Virus record (IMG/VR): IMGVR_UViG_3300021168_000013
Direction: 5' to 3' (one strand)
Source: a virus
DNA length: 64,000 nt
Part shown: positions 28,845 through 38,557 of the stretch, piece by piece
How the letters are laid out: the number at the start of each line of letters is the position of its first letter
How positions within the stretch are numbered: the first letter of the stretch is position 1
The notes under the pieces: generated by a model
What the model was told of the DNA's origin: nothing
The model's database searches: none
Seen by the model: only the letters and a program-made list of their open reading frames with translations
Made by a program: the position numbers and the translations under genes

Positions 28845-29662
28845 AGACTATCATTATAAAGTATCGAAATACCTTTGTCGAGAGAAATCTTTGGTTCCCA
28901 GTAGTTTAATATATATGGATCAGGATCATTTACCATGCCCATTTGAACATTATCTACCTTATCACCTTTTATAATTTCGCAACCAGATAGACCACTTATT
29001 ACATTGGCAATATCCATGATGGAATTCCATTGAAAACTGGTGATATGATAATTTTTAGCTCTATCCAATGTGAAATAATTTTTAGCCAAGATTAATAGTG
29101 CTCTAGCACAATCCTCACCAAATAAGAATTGACGGACTTCATCTCCAGTAGTTCTCATTTTTATACTCTTATCTTTGATAGACATATTAATGAAATCGGT
29201 AATTACATGGGATTTCTCTTCATTGGTTTCATAACCATAAACATTCCAAAATTTAACGTTAATACCATTTAACGCGTCAGTGTGTCTCTCACCAATGGAT
29301 TTTAATATACCATAAGTAGAGTGATGCATGTTTGACATCTGAGAGGACGCGAATATAAACGGTTTGTTTAAGGATTTGAGTAATTCAAATGTATTACTCA
29401 TTATTCTCATGTTATTGTCTATGAATTCATAGGTATTTTGGTATTTGGCCATATACTTTGATCCACCGATATCAAATGCCAGAAAATGAACGAAATCCGA
29501 CTTAATTATCATGTCCGTAAGCAATAGATTGTTTCGAACTCGTAGATCATATAATCCATTATCCTCTATATCAAAGGTGAGTACCTCTTCATTTACAGAT
29601 TTTAAATATTGAACCAAATATTGGCCAACTTGTCCTGACGATCCTAATACTAGATGTTTCAT
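28841..29662 (-). CDS. NAD-dependent epimerase/dehydratase
   Basis: LGSSGQVG, FASSQM, YGILK, NVYG. Confidence 0.85.
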   Translation of the reverse strand: MKHLVLGSSGQVGQYLVQYLKSVNEEVLTFDIEDNGLYDLRVRNNLLLTDMIIKSDFVHFLAFDIGGSKYMAKYQNTYEFIDNNMRIMSNTFELLKSLNKPFIFASSQMSNMHHSTYGILKSIGERHTDALNGINVKFWNVYGYETNEEKSHVITDFINMSIKDKSIKMRTTGDEVRQFLFGEDCARALLILAKNYFTLDRAKNYHITSFQWNSIMDIANVISGLSGCEIIKGDKVDNVQMGMVNDPDPYILNYWEPKISLDKGISILYNDSL

Positions 29663-30474
29663 ATTATTTTTGGGGTCTTATAGTAGTTTTTTAACGTTTC
29701 GATATTCTCATTCTTTAGTTTAACATATAACCTTTGATTTCTATCGGTGTATTCCTTGTATTTATTTTGTAATACTCTCTCATGCTGCACATGGAATACT
29801 GGCCCGTATACTCTTGTCATTTTGATATTAAATAGATTCATCTTAAAGATGTATTCAGAATCCTCATATCCCCAACCATTAAATTCTTCATTGAAATATA
29901 CTAGATCACCAAGCAATCTCTTATTAACTATCATACAAAATCCCGTAGCATAAGCAATTGGTGGATATCCATCCTCGATATGACGATGTAACATCATTTT
30001 TGGAGCAATCTTAAATTGAAGATTGTAAAAGTCATAATCCGTCTCAAATTCCTTAAAGTAATCACGCTCAATGTGATATTCTGGATTGGTATAAGGAAAT
30101 ACCAAAGGAAATTTATCCTGACACAATTCCACACCTAATTCAATCTGTTCTTTTGGTAATAGAATATCACAGTCATATATTACACATATATCATTACTAG
30201 CAATCTTCAATCCTTCGTTGATTATCTTTGATCTATAATATGGGTCAGGCAAATCACAGGAAAATATGCGTATATTGCTCAATTCATATTCATGAAATAA
30301 TTTAGTCAGATATTGTACGCAATTAACCTCTTCGATTGGTGTGTTATTTTGTAATATCACTAAGTATTCAGCTTCATCTTTAAATTGGTAGGTGAGATAA
30401 ATCAACGATCTCAATAGGTTCGTTAGTCTATCAACACTGTCGTATTTAAACTGAATTATAAACGTAAACTTCAT
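29659..30474 (-). CDS. GT2/GT7-type glycosyltransferase
   Basis: YDCDILL (DxD), FNEEFNGWGYEDSEY, FHVQH. Confidence 0.8.
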   Translation of the reverse strand: MKFTFIIQFKYDSVDRLTNLLRSLIYLTYQFKDEAEYLVILQNNTPIEEVNCVQYLTKLFHEYELSNIRIFSCDLPDPYYRSKIINEGLKIASNDICVIYDCDILLPKEQIELGVELCQDKFPLVFPYTNPEYHIERDYFKEFETDYDFYNLQFKIAPKMMLHRHIEDGYPPIAYATGFCMIVNKRLLGDLVYFNEEFNGWGYEDSEYIFKMNLFNIKMTRVYGPVFHVQHERVLQNKYKEYTDRNQRLYVKLKNENIETLKNYYKTPKII

Positions 30475-31298
30475 AATAAGTAATTTTCGGCGATGTAATC
30501 ATCAGCAACTGGAAATTCACAGGCGATTTTAAAATTTTCTTCTATATATGGCATCATGGAATTATACAAATCATCAGTACAATCATTTAGATTGAAATTA
30601 TCTGAGAATATTACACCTTTCGGATTGAAATACTGTTCCACAACTGATTTACTGCCCCTATATATTGGAACTGTATATGTTGTCATTGGACTGGTCAATC
30701 TCTCCGTAAAATATGCATCACTAACATCATTTTCCATAGATACCGTGAAATTGTAGTTCTTATAGGCATCATCAGTTATTTTAGGTTCGTTTTCTTGTCC
30801 TCTCCCATATAAATTGAGTTTATTTTTATTATCAACCGCATATTCTACACGATATTTGTGTCCAGCCAACGTATAATTCTTAGAAACCAACATACTTATC
30901 ATTCGGTACTTAGTGTGGCGTTTTCTATTTTCGGATAATGTCCATGGCGCGGCATTGGATATAGCATAGTAAAATGGATGCCCAATCTGAACCAAATCCA
31001 TCTGACAGGTGAATATAAATTTATAATTATTCTGAAATTGTTGTAAATTTTTTAATATAACATCTATTACTCCCTGATTGTATCCTCGGGATTCCAATAA
31101 CCACCCGTATTTGTTAGGGTTATTATTCAACCCACTCAATATATTTCCGTCTATATACATATCAAAATCATAGTCACCGACATAATTTTTTGGTAACCAT
31201 TGAATATGTTTAGATGTATTCATATGAGAAGAACACACTGAATCATTTTCATTTGGGGAAATACATCCCCCAATTGGTTTCATTTTTAGCTTACTCAT
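30471..31298 (-). CDS. GT10-like glycosyltransferase
   Basis: WLLESR, FTVSMEN...YFTERL...VPIYRG. Confidence 0.7.
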   Translation of the reverse strand: MSKLKMKPIGGCISPNENDSVCSSHMNTSKHIQWLPKNYVGDYDFDMYIDGNILSGLNNNPNKYGWLLESRGYNQGVIDVILKNLQQFQNNYKFIFTCQMDLVQIGHPFYYAISNAAPWTLSENRKRHTKYRMISMLVSKNYTLAGHKYRVEYAVDNKNKLNLYGRGQENEPKITDDAYKNYNFTVSMENDVSDAYFTERLTSPMTTYTVPIYRGSKSVVEQYFNPKGVIFSDNFNLNDCTDDLYNSMMPYIEENFKIACEFPVADDYIAENYLL

Positions 31299-32116
31299 AA
31301 TTTAATCCATTCATCTAAAAACAAATCTTTTATATCCAATTTCTTAAGTGATCCACCGAACCAATAGTTGGCTGGAGCAACGGTTATATGACCTTTATGT
31401 TTATTGAGATAAGCTGACCACCAACTAAATGTACTGTTACCTAATATATTGTGATTACACATACTCATAAATGTTAAATCTGTTATATTAGATTCATTCT
31501 CTATGAAGTTTACTGATTCTGGAAATATTTCTTTAGCTATGGACATTTTATCGGAAAATACATTAATATTCTGTATATTAGATGAATCATACACAATGGC
31601 CAATGCTCTTTCATAGTATTCACTAGGCACTAATGGAAATATATCAGAACACAGTGATCTATCGCCTCCACCTCTAAAATGAATAGCAATTGAATTAGGT
31701 AATATGGATTTATACTTATCATTTATGTAATCAATGGTATCAGGATTAAAAGCGAAATAGTCATTGACAAGTTTATCTTTTATGTTCTCAAAGTATTTAC
31801 CGCTCTGAAAATAACCATTCAATTTTACGTTATCTTCATGGGGAATTGGTGAGTATGCAAATGTATAATAAGGACTATCTTGCTCGAATAGATCAGGGTG
31901 ACGATAATGACCATACTCTTGAGAATAACTATTAACGAAATTGAATTTATGAGAAAACAATTTACTTACCTCAATGGGACGGTCTTCATTGGAAATCCAA
32001 CAATGTCTGGATGCTGATATTTCATAATCAACATTTATAGCATCCTTTATAGAAAGACATGTGGCTAATTGAAACAAATTATTTCCTAACTCTCCATGTA
32101 ATCTACTGGTTATCAT
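31295..32116 (-). CDS. GT11 alpha-1,2-fucosyltransferase-like (paralog of 28020-28844)
   Basis: GELGNNLFQ, GYFQS, HFRGGGD, ILGNSTFSWW; start at 32116 by TAATG overlap. Confidence 0.88.
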   Translation of the reverse strand: MITSRLHGELGNNLFQLATCLSIKDAINVDYEISASRHCWISNEDRPIEVSKLFSHKFNFVNSYSQEYGHYRHPDLFEQDSPYYTFAYSPIPHEDNVKLNGYFQSGKYFENIKDKLVNDYFAFNPDTIDYINDKYKSILPNSIAIHFRGGGDRSLCSDIFPLVPSEYYERALAIVYDSSNIQNINVFSDKMSIAKEIFPESVNFIENESNITDLTFMSMCNHNILGNSTFSWWSAYLNKHKGHITVAPANYWFGGSLKKLDIKDLFLDEWIKL

Positions 32117-32673
32117 TATTTTAGTTTCCATCCTTCCCAGTCCCATTCATGATTATATGTCTGATCATGTGTAACACTTAGTAAATTTTGACAGGTTTTT
32201 CTTTCCTCGTCATGATTTTGTATTACTTTATGGAATTGAATTTGAATAAATTTTATATTATCGGCATGTTTACTTGCACAGAGTGTTTTGATTATCTCAA
32301 ATTCCCCGCCTTCACAATTTAATTCTAATAAATCTATAGATGTTATGGATTGATCTGAAATAAATTGTGATATATCCATAATATCAATAGATTCCGTTTT
32401 TCCTTTTGGACTGAATACCGATGTTCCTGCTCCGTTTATCTGGATATTTCTTTTTTCTGTTTTATTTCCTAACCCAAAATTATGGACTTTTATCTTGGGA
32501 TTGTTTTGGTATTTATTGACCAATCCATTGTAATAATCCCTTACTGGCTCAAAAATGTAAATATTGCAGTGATATGTGTCAAACATTTCTTGAGAGAATT
32601 CCCCAACGAACCCACCAACCTCAAATATTAGAGAATTTTCATTTAATGGGTGATTTTTTCTGTCATCTATCAT
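32116..32673 (-). CDS. FkbM family methyltransferase
   Basis: FEVGGFVG, IFEP, LELNCEGGE, QIQFH. Confidence 0.85.
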   Translation of the reverse strand: MIDDRKNHPLNENSLIFEVGGFVGEFSQEMFDTYHCNIYIFEPVRDYYNGLVNKYQNNPKIKVHNFGLGNKTEKRNIQINGAGTSVFSPKGKTESIDIMDISQFISDQSITSIDLLELNCEGGEFEIIKTLCASKHADNIKFIQIQFHKVIQNHDEERKTCQNLLSVTHDQTYNHEWDWEGWKLK

Positions 32674-33320
32674 ATTTTCCTATAAAGTGTGTCGTATTTA
32701 TATTTTTGCACAATCTCATAGTTTTTTGATAACATGAATGTGTGAAATTCATCTTCGTGTTTTATGTTGGATTCATATTGATGAAAATTAACAGTTTCGG
32801 TAAGTATGAACTTTACAGGCACATCACCAATGCCATTGATGATATTTTTTTCATAGGATTGGGCGTCAATATGCATGTAATCAATATGTGTGATGTCATT
32901 TTCTTCACAAACTGTGTCCAATCGTTTCACTGTGACATCATATCCATTCATGTCAAACTTACATCTATCAAATTCAATTTGCTCATCTACAGTCCCGTTT
33001 TTTATAATGGGTTTGTTGATAGACCCTGCCTGTTTATGGTATCTACCCTCGATGGATAAACTTGGATAAAATTTCACCACATCATTTTTATCCCCGAGGG
33101 CATAAGGATAAGTATGTATTCCAGCATCGATAGCAGAATTTCTATGATTTCTTATGTTTTCAATATCTGGTTCAAATGAATATACTTTGGCTTTTGGAAA
33201 CCATTGCTTAAAATATATCCCAGTAATGAAATCATATGCTCCCACATCAAATAATATTAAATCTGAGTGGTTTATACCTAGGTTACTTATTATAGTTTGT
33301 TCATCAGGCTCTTGTAACAT
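32670..33320 (-). CDS. FkbM family methyltransferase
   Basis: FDVGAYD, SFEP, MHIDAQSYE. Confidence 0.85.
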   Translation of the reverse strand: MLQEPDEQTIISNLGINHSDLILFDVGAYDFITGIYFKQWFPKAKVYSFEPDIENIRNHRNSAIDAGIHTYPYALGDKNDVVKFYPSLSIEGRYHKQAGSINKPIIKNGTVDEQIEFDRCKFDMNGYDVTVKRLDTVCEENDITHIDYMHIDAQSYEKNIINGIGDVPVKFILTETVNFHQYESNIKHEDEFHTFMLSKNYEIVQKYKYDTLYRKI

Positions 33321-33321
33321 G

Positions 33322-33990
33322 TTAGATTTTAAATCCTTTATTTAGTTCGTCGCTAAAATCTTTATTATATCTTAGATTGGTGGCGACCTGTTTTTCTATA
33401 GTCTTATTATGGATTATTGATAATTCAAACTCCGATGGAAGTTTGGATGTTATCTTAGCACCCTCTATTTTTTCATGTAGAGGTCTTTCCCATTTTAAAT
33501 GTGGAAGGTTCTTAAATAATCTAAATTGATAATCCGGAAAATTTACAATGTTTCTTCCTTCGTATAAAGATAATTTCCATCCCCAATCCGCTGCATGTTT
33601 TTCATTGACTCCAATAAAATCATTTATTCGAGGTATTAAAAAACAATCCACACTGGGATTGGACTCAATGATATCCTTTATATTAATCATTAATGTGTCA
33701 GTGGGAACTTCGTCATCATCCAATTGTAATATGTATTTACCAATACACAAGTCTTTTCCAAAATTTTTGTGCATGGAGTAATGGTTATCCAACGCATGTT
33801 TATATATAAAGAAGTTCTGTTTTTCTTTATATGAATCCAATAAATCCAAAGTGGTATCATTATCACTAAAGTCGTCTAATATGACACATTCGTTTCCATC
33901 TATGTACTTCTCAATACAATCTAACAAATCTTTTAATTGATTTGTTCCATTCTTGGTTGTAATTAGATAACTTATGAAAGGTGCATTCAT
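33322..33990 (-). CDS. Glycosyltransferase family 2
   Basis: ILDDFS, LQLDDDE, PDYQFRLF, HEKI. Confidence 0.85.
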   Translation of the reverse strand: MNAPFISYLITTKNGTNQLKDLLDCIEKYIDGNECVILDDFSDNDTTLDLLDSYKEKQNFFIYKHALDNHYSMHKNFGKDLCIGKYILQLDDDEVPTDTLMINIKDIIESNPSVDCFLIPRINDFIGVNEKHAADWGWKLSLYEGRNIVNFPDYQFRLFKNLPHLKWERPLHEKIEGAKITSKLPSEFELSIIHNKTIEKQVATNLRYNKDFSDELNKGFKI

Positions 33991-35324
33991 ACTACACTCT
34001 TGGATATATCATTTACTGGTTCCGATTTCTTGAGTTTTGGTAACTCTATTTTTTTGAGCCGAGGAAGCACAATTTTTTGTTCTATGGAAAATTCCGGCAC
34101 ATACTTATCGAGTAATCCATGCAAGTGTTTGTCCATGGCTTGTAAACTAAACTTATCAGCATTTTCCAATCTCAACGCTTCAGCTTTATTAAGAGATTTT
34201 TCACTATAATTGTTAAATAAGCTTATAATTTTCTCTTCCGCCAAACTGTAAGAAACATAGAACCAATTACCTTCTTTAATTAGCCATTGATTTGCAGAAG
34301 AAGGATCAATTTGTTTTACTGTCCCATCTAACAATCCAGCATATTTCGCATTTAAGAAATCAATATGTCCACTCCAATTAGGAGCCAATATTGGTTTACC
34401 ACTCAATGTAGCCAATAACAATGGGTGACCGAATCCTTCACCATGTGTAAAGCTAATGTGTACTTTGACTTTTTCATGATTAAGTAATGCGTTCATCTCG
34501 ACATCAGAAAGTTCTCCGTGTAATAGATAGACTTTTGGTAATTTACCAGATACACTGTCTTGGATTTCCTTGATTTTCTTTAACATGTCAGTTCTATCCG
34601 TGATACTGAAATTTACACCACTAGTTTTTAAAATCAAACATGGTTGTTTTTCTTTATCTTTAAAGGCATTGAGAAATGTCTTCACAAGATTTCCTATGTC
34701 TTTTCTGTCGTTGTATATTCCACCATGTGTCCATTGACCTACAAACAAGAAAGCGAAATTCTCGGGGATAGATGACATAACACCTTCTATAGTTTGAATT
34801 TTTTCATCGGTCTTTTTATAAATGCTGGTGTTTGCTCCCCAAAAACATACTTCGATTGGTTTGATACACTTTAATGGTTCTTTTCTTCCATCCTGATGTT
34901 GTTTAGTGTAATTGGCATTCTCAAAAACTTTTTTAACGAATGTAGAGGTAACTATACCTAAATTCATACGATTCATCCCCTCAATGAATTCCCCACTTGG
35001 TTTATCGACCTCGATACCAGCAGTTATACCAACATTGTATTTCCCGACTGGTTGAAATTCATTTGGAATGGATATTTGAATAAACAAATCAGGTTGTTTA
35101 TTCAAAGGTTGTCTCATAAAACAACTTAGAAGCTTTCTATCTTCGTCTGTGGCATTACTATCCTCGATAGTTTTTGGGGGACATCCTCCCCACTTAGTTG
35201 GCGCAATCAATAATTCATATTTATCATAACGAAGAATCGATTTGGCAATATCAGTTGATAGATCACCATAACCGCTTCGACTATACACGGGACACTGCAT
35301 CACACATAAAGGTTTGTTACTCAT
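33987..35324 (-). CDS. Glycosyltransferase family 4-like
   Basis: SRSGYG, TAGIE, FLFVGQW, HGEGFGHPLL. Confidence 0.85.
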   Translation of the reverse strand: MSNKPLCVMQCPVYSRSGYGDLSTDIAKSILRYDKYELLIAPTKWGGCPPKTIEDSNATDEDRKLLSCFMRQPLNKQPDLFIQISIPNEFQPVGKYNVGITAGIEVDKPSGEFIEGMNRMNLGIVTSTFVKKVFENANYTKQHQDGRKEPLKCIKPIEVCFWGANTSIYKKTDEKIQTIEGVMSSIPENFAFLFVGQWTHGGIYNDRKDIGNLVKTFLNAFKDKEKQPCLILKTSGVNFSITDRTDMLKKIKEIQDSVSGKLPKVYLLHGELSDVEMNALLNHEKVKVHISFTHGEGFGHPLLLATLSGKPILAPNWSGHIDFLNAKYAGLLDGTVKQIDPSSANQWLIKEGNWFYVSYSLAEEKIISLFNNYSEKSLNKAEALRLENADKFSLQAMDKHLHGLLDKYVPEFSIEQKIVLPRLKKIELPKLKKSEPVNDISKSVV

Positions 35325-35869
35325 ATATTCTTTTCGCGTTCTTTCATTATTTCACTATACTTAACTTTTGGGTTTACTTCTTCTGAATGCTTCTTTACAT
35401 ACATTTCTGTCAATGCCGATTTAACAGCCTCTGGGATTTTTATGGTTTTATCGCTCATGTCCGTTGATCCAAATCCACTATTTCCTCTTTCGGTAATTGC
35501 CAAATCATCTACCACTAAAAACTCATGAGCATACCAATGTTCAAATATTATTTGTGCAACTTTATCGCCAACTTTAATATCAAATGGTTCTTGACCTAGA
35601 TTAACCAGTATTACCTTAACTTCACCAGTGTAATCGGGGTCTATAACACCACCTAATACTTCTATACCAGCTTTTAATGCATTACCACTTCTTGGTGCGA
35701 TTCTTCCGTACTGATCGGTTGGAATAGAAAAACATACATCAGTTTTAAAGGCGTAACGTTCCAATGGTTTCAATTGATAATCAACGGTACTATATAAATC
35801 ATAACCAGCCGCATATTTACTGCCTTTAGTTGGTTTCTTGGCTTTCTCACTAAGTAACTTAATATTCAT
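35321..35869 (-). CDS. dut: dUTPase (trimeric)
   Basis: AGYDL, IAPRSG, GVIDPDYTGE, AQII, RGNSGFGSTD. Confidence 0.95.
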   Translation of the reverse strand: MNIKLLSEKAKKPTKGSKYAAGYDLYSTVDYQLKPLERYAFKTDVCFSIPTDQYGRIAPRSGNALKAGIEVLGGVIDPDYTGEVKVILVNLGQEPFDIKVGDKVAQIIFEHWYAHEFLVVDDLAITERGNSGFGSTDMSDKTIKIPEAVKSALTEMYVKKHSEEVNPKVKYSEIMKEREKNI

Positions 35870-35876
35870 AACTTAT

Positions 35877-35905
35877 ATTATAATCCTTTATCAAAACAAC
35901 CTCAA
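35877..35905 (-). promoter_or_regulatory. sigma70-type promoter for dut, leaderless configuration
   Basis: Minus strand TTGAGG-17-TATAAT, 7 nt before ATG 35869. Confidence 0.55.
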
Positions 35906-35911
35906 GTTATT

Positions 35912-36907
35912 TTATTTAACAGCATGGTTATGTCCAAGCCTGATTAATTCCTCTTGAATTTTTGCTTTATCAATAACTGGTATTTCACCACCGATACTAT
36001 CAAATGGTGGTCTTTGACCTCTAAACTCCTCAGCGGTATGAATGCTAAAATGATTGCTTGGAACAAAGTTATCAAATACATACTTGGCACCCAATTTAAA
36101 TTGTGCAGCCAAGTTCTTATGATTGATACCACCTTCATTCATTGCCCATCTACGACCTTCTGAACCACAAATCTCACGTTGTTCATCGGTCATCAGATAC
36201 CAGAACATGATAGCTTCTGCTACGTCTTCCCATTTACAAATATCATCAAATATATATGGAGTCGGTACACTTCCTTGAATATAACGTGCCGTCGGCCACA
36301 CAGGTTTAGCCCATATACCATGTTTTTTATATTTACCTGTATGATTGCTTCCAAACGTTATACCAAATTCAAAATCAGCACCATTTTCACACTTCTGATC
36401 GATTTGATCTTGTAATCCACCAGTAACATTAACAATGATTGGGGTTCCACTCATTATAGATTCAGCCGTACTTAGTCCAAACCCTTCATTGCTTGTTATA
36501 TTAACGGTGATGTCAGCAATGTTATAATTAAGATTCATTTCTTCTGGAGCACATTTAGCTTCGTCAAATATAACATTATATTTATTACATAATGCTTCTT
36601 TGACTGCCGGTAAATCCGTGCCAGCCTCTAATACTTTCTCAGTATGCATTAATAATACACATTTATCTGCTTGTTCTGGAGTCAAATTATCACAGAACGC
36701 TCTAAATGCTAAGATTAGATTACTGGTTCTCTTACGTTGAATATTACGACTGTTGTAAAATACAACAAATTCATATTCTTTATCACCAAACAGCTTGCGT
36801 CGGTGTGCTTTGAGAGCCTTGTCATCTTTTGGTAGAGGTCTAAACAAATCACTGTTTATACCATGGGGAACCAAGTGAATTAATGTTTTTCCGTTTTTTA
36901 GAGGCAT
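35912..36907 (-). CDS. GT4 glycosyltransferase, C-terminal fragment
   Basis: Begins near VPHGI (end of GT4 N-domain); NSRNIQRK, NEGFGLSTAESIMSG, TGGLQDQ. Confidence 0.85.
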   Translation of the reverse strand: MPLKNGKTLIHLVPHGINSDLFRPLPKDDKALKAHRRKLFGDKEYEFVVFYNSRNIQRKRTSNLILAFRAFCDNLTPEQADKCVLLMHTEKVLEAGTDLPAVKEALCNKYNVIFDEAKCAPEEMNLNYNIADITVNITSNEGFGLSTAESIMSGTPIIVNVTGGLQDQIDQKCENGADFEFGITFGSNHTGKYKKHGIWAKPVWPTARYIQGSVPTPYIFDDICKWEDVAEAIMFWYLMTDEQREICGSEGRRWAMNEGGINHKNLAAQFKLGAKYVFDNFVPSNHFSIHTAEEFRGQRPPFDSIGGEIPVIDKAKIQEELIRLGHNHAVK

Positions 36908-36910
36908 ATG

Positions 36911-37333
36911 TTATTCCTTAATGACGATCTTATCAAATGATAGTTTTAATTGTATGATAGCAATATCAGTATGTCCTGCCCAATCCAAGTCAGGCCCAGT
37001 TAATTCCACAATGGCACAATCAGTGGCCACCCAAATTTCAGCAACTTCTCCAGTTGGATGCAATTCCTTAACCTCCAATTCAATTTTTGGGTATGTACCC
37101 ATAGTATTGAACAACTTAAAATATGTATTATATCCAAGAACTTCGTATATATTTATCACAATATTATTGGACTTATTATATTGGGTGATTTCTGGTCGCC
37201 CGATCCCCTTAATAATGTGACTGGGGACAAATATTTTATCATCCAGAAATAATTTAGCAATAAACCTATTAGGCTGTTTAGGATTCCACGAGGTATTGTA
37301 CACCTCAGATATGTTTATTTTGTTACCGATCAT
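36911..37333 (-). CDS. Tail-tube (T4 gp19-like) paralog, internally shortened
   Basis: PKQPNRF, P..IIK...RP.IT, L.P.GEV.E.W, DLDW, I.L.L.FD pattern of gp19-type tubes. Confidence 0.65.
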   Translation of the reverse strand: MIGNKINISEVYNTSWNPKQPNRFIAKLFLDDKIFVPSHIIKGIGRPEITQYNKSNNIVINIYEVLGYNTYFKLFNTMGTYPKIELEVKELHPTGEVAEIWVATDCAIVELTGPDLDWAGHTDIAIIQLKLSFDKIVIKE

Positions 37334-37890
37334 ACATTTTCCTTTTTTAGTAAGTTACCAACCATATCAAACTCGTTTCCATAAATATTACAACAATTTT
37401 CAGCACCAATAACATGTTTATGAATATTGTTACTCTGTTTACTGATAGCAAATACTCCATCGCAACTCATATATCCCGGACGATTCCACATTGGATATGG
37501 AACATCGTCCCATAATGCCCAGTAGACAATTGGGATTTTGGTTCTGATCTGTCTCTCAATCGAAAATAACCATCCATAGAATCTGGGATCGGTGATCATA
37601 CATACCATGTCTGGTTTTTCTTGATTGATGATAGCAAACAGAAGATTCTCGTCACCATACCCATTAACTGGATAAAGTCTGACATATGCATCTTTTACTC
37701 CAGTCATTTGTCTTGTAGCTTCATCCAAATCAACAACTTTTCCAGCTTCAGGATGTTGGATAGCACCAGCCATACAACAAATATCATATTCGTCAACGAG
37801 TCCCAATACCAATTCTCTAAGTTGTGTTGCCACACCAGAATGCATTCGTAAGTCGTCTCCTATCCAAAGCATTTTCTTTTTCTTTGTCAT
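37330..37890 (-). CDS. GT4 glycosyltransferase, N-terminal fragment
   Basis: KMLWIGDDLRMHSGVA, TDPRFY, WDDVPYP, FAISKQS; lacks the C-terminal Rossmann domain. Confidence 0.8.
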   Translation of the reverse strand: MTKKKKMLWIGDDLRMHSGVATQLRELVLGLVDEYDICCMAGAIQHPEAGKVVDLDEATRQMTGVKDAYVRLYPVNGYGDENLLFAIINQEKPDMVCMITDPRFYGWLFSIERQIRTKIPIVYWALWDDVPYPMWNRPGYMSCDGVFAISKQSNNIHKHVIGAENCCNIYGNEFDMVGNLLKKENV

Positions 37891-37891
37891 A

Positions 37892-38125
37892 TTATAATAA
37901 GCTTGATCCTGTAATAGTAAGTGAAGTGGTTTGTGCAGCACTACTTAATGTGGGCATAATACAATTATAAACTTTATCTCGAAATACCTCATCATTAACA
38001 TATAACCACATGCTTCTAATGACTAAATCTTTAAGATAAAACCTATGTCGGATATTTAATATTTTGAATTCGTTATAGAGTGAGTTCTCTATTTTTATTG
38101 TAGTGGTAGTTACTGTGTCATTCAT
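37892..38125 (-). CDS. Small ribbon-helix-helix-like protein
   Basis: TTTIKIENSLYNEFK...LKDLVIRSMWLY beta-alpha-alpha pattern; start at ATG 38125. Confidence 0.5.
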   Translation of the reverse strand: MNDTVTTTTIKIENSLYNEFKILNIRHRFYLKDLVIRSMWLYVNDEVFRDKVYNCIMPTLSSAAQTTSLTITGSSLL

Positions 38126-38169
38126 AATTGTGCATATGTGTATATGTATAATTGAATGAGGCAATATAT

Positions 38170-38550
38170 TTATTTTATTTTATCAATAACACGGTCAATT
38201 ACAATTTGGGCACGGTTGGATGGAAGTTTTGTTAGAAATGATCGGTATACGCCATTGGCGTATGGTGGAGTTAATCCTTTTGATGTATATTGTGCGGCGG
38301 TAATGTCCAATATTTCTTTTGAATCGTTCTGTAACCACCAGTGGGATATCCCACTGGAATCTTTGTTTTGGTAAGGACGATAATTTATATATTTATCACC
38401 AAACATCATTGTCCATATGAAATAGAAAGCTGTTTCAGATGCAACGTAACAATGACCGTACATTGGATTTGTTGTGTTTTCTTTTCTATATGTTGGTTTT
38501 AATAAATCTGGGGTAAGACAGTCTTGAATAACTAACACAAGATCATCCAT
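38170..38550 (-). CDS. Conserved phage hypothetical protein
   Basis: GHCYVASET...HWWL...DITAAQY motif. Confidence 0.6.
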   Translation of the reverse strand: MDDLVLVIQDCLTPDLLKPTYRKENTTNPMYGHCYVASETAFYFIWTMMFGDKYINYRPYQNKDSSGISHWWLQNDSKEILDITAAQYTSKGLTPPYANGVYRSFLTKLPSNRAQIVIDRVIDKIK

Positions 38551-38557
38551 GGATTTA

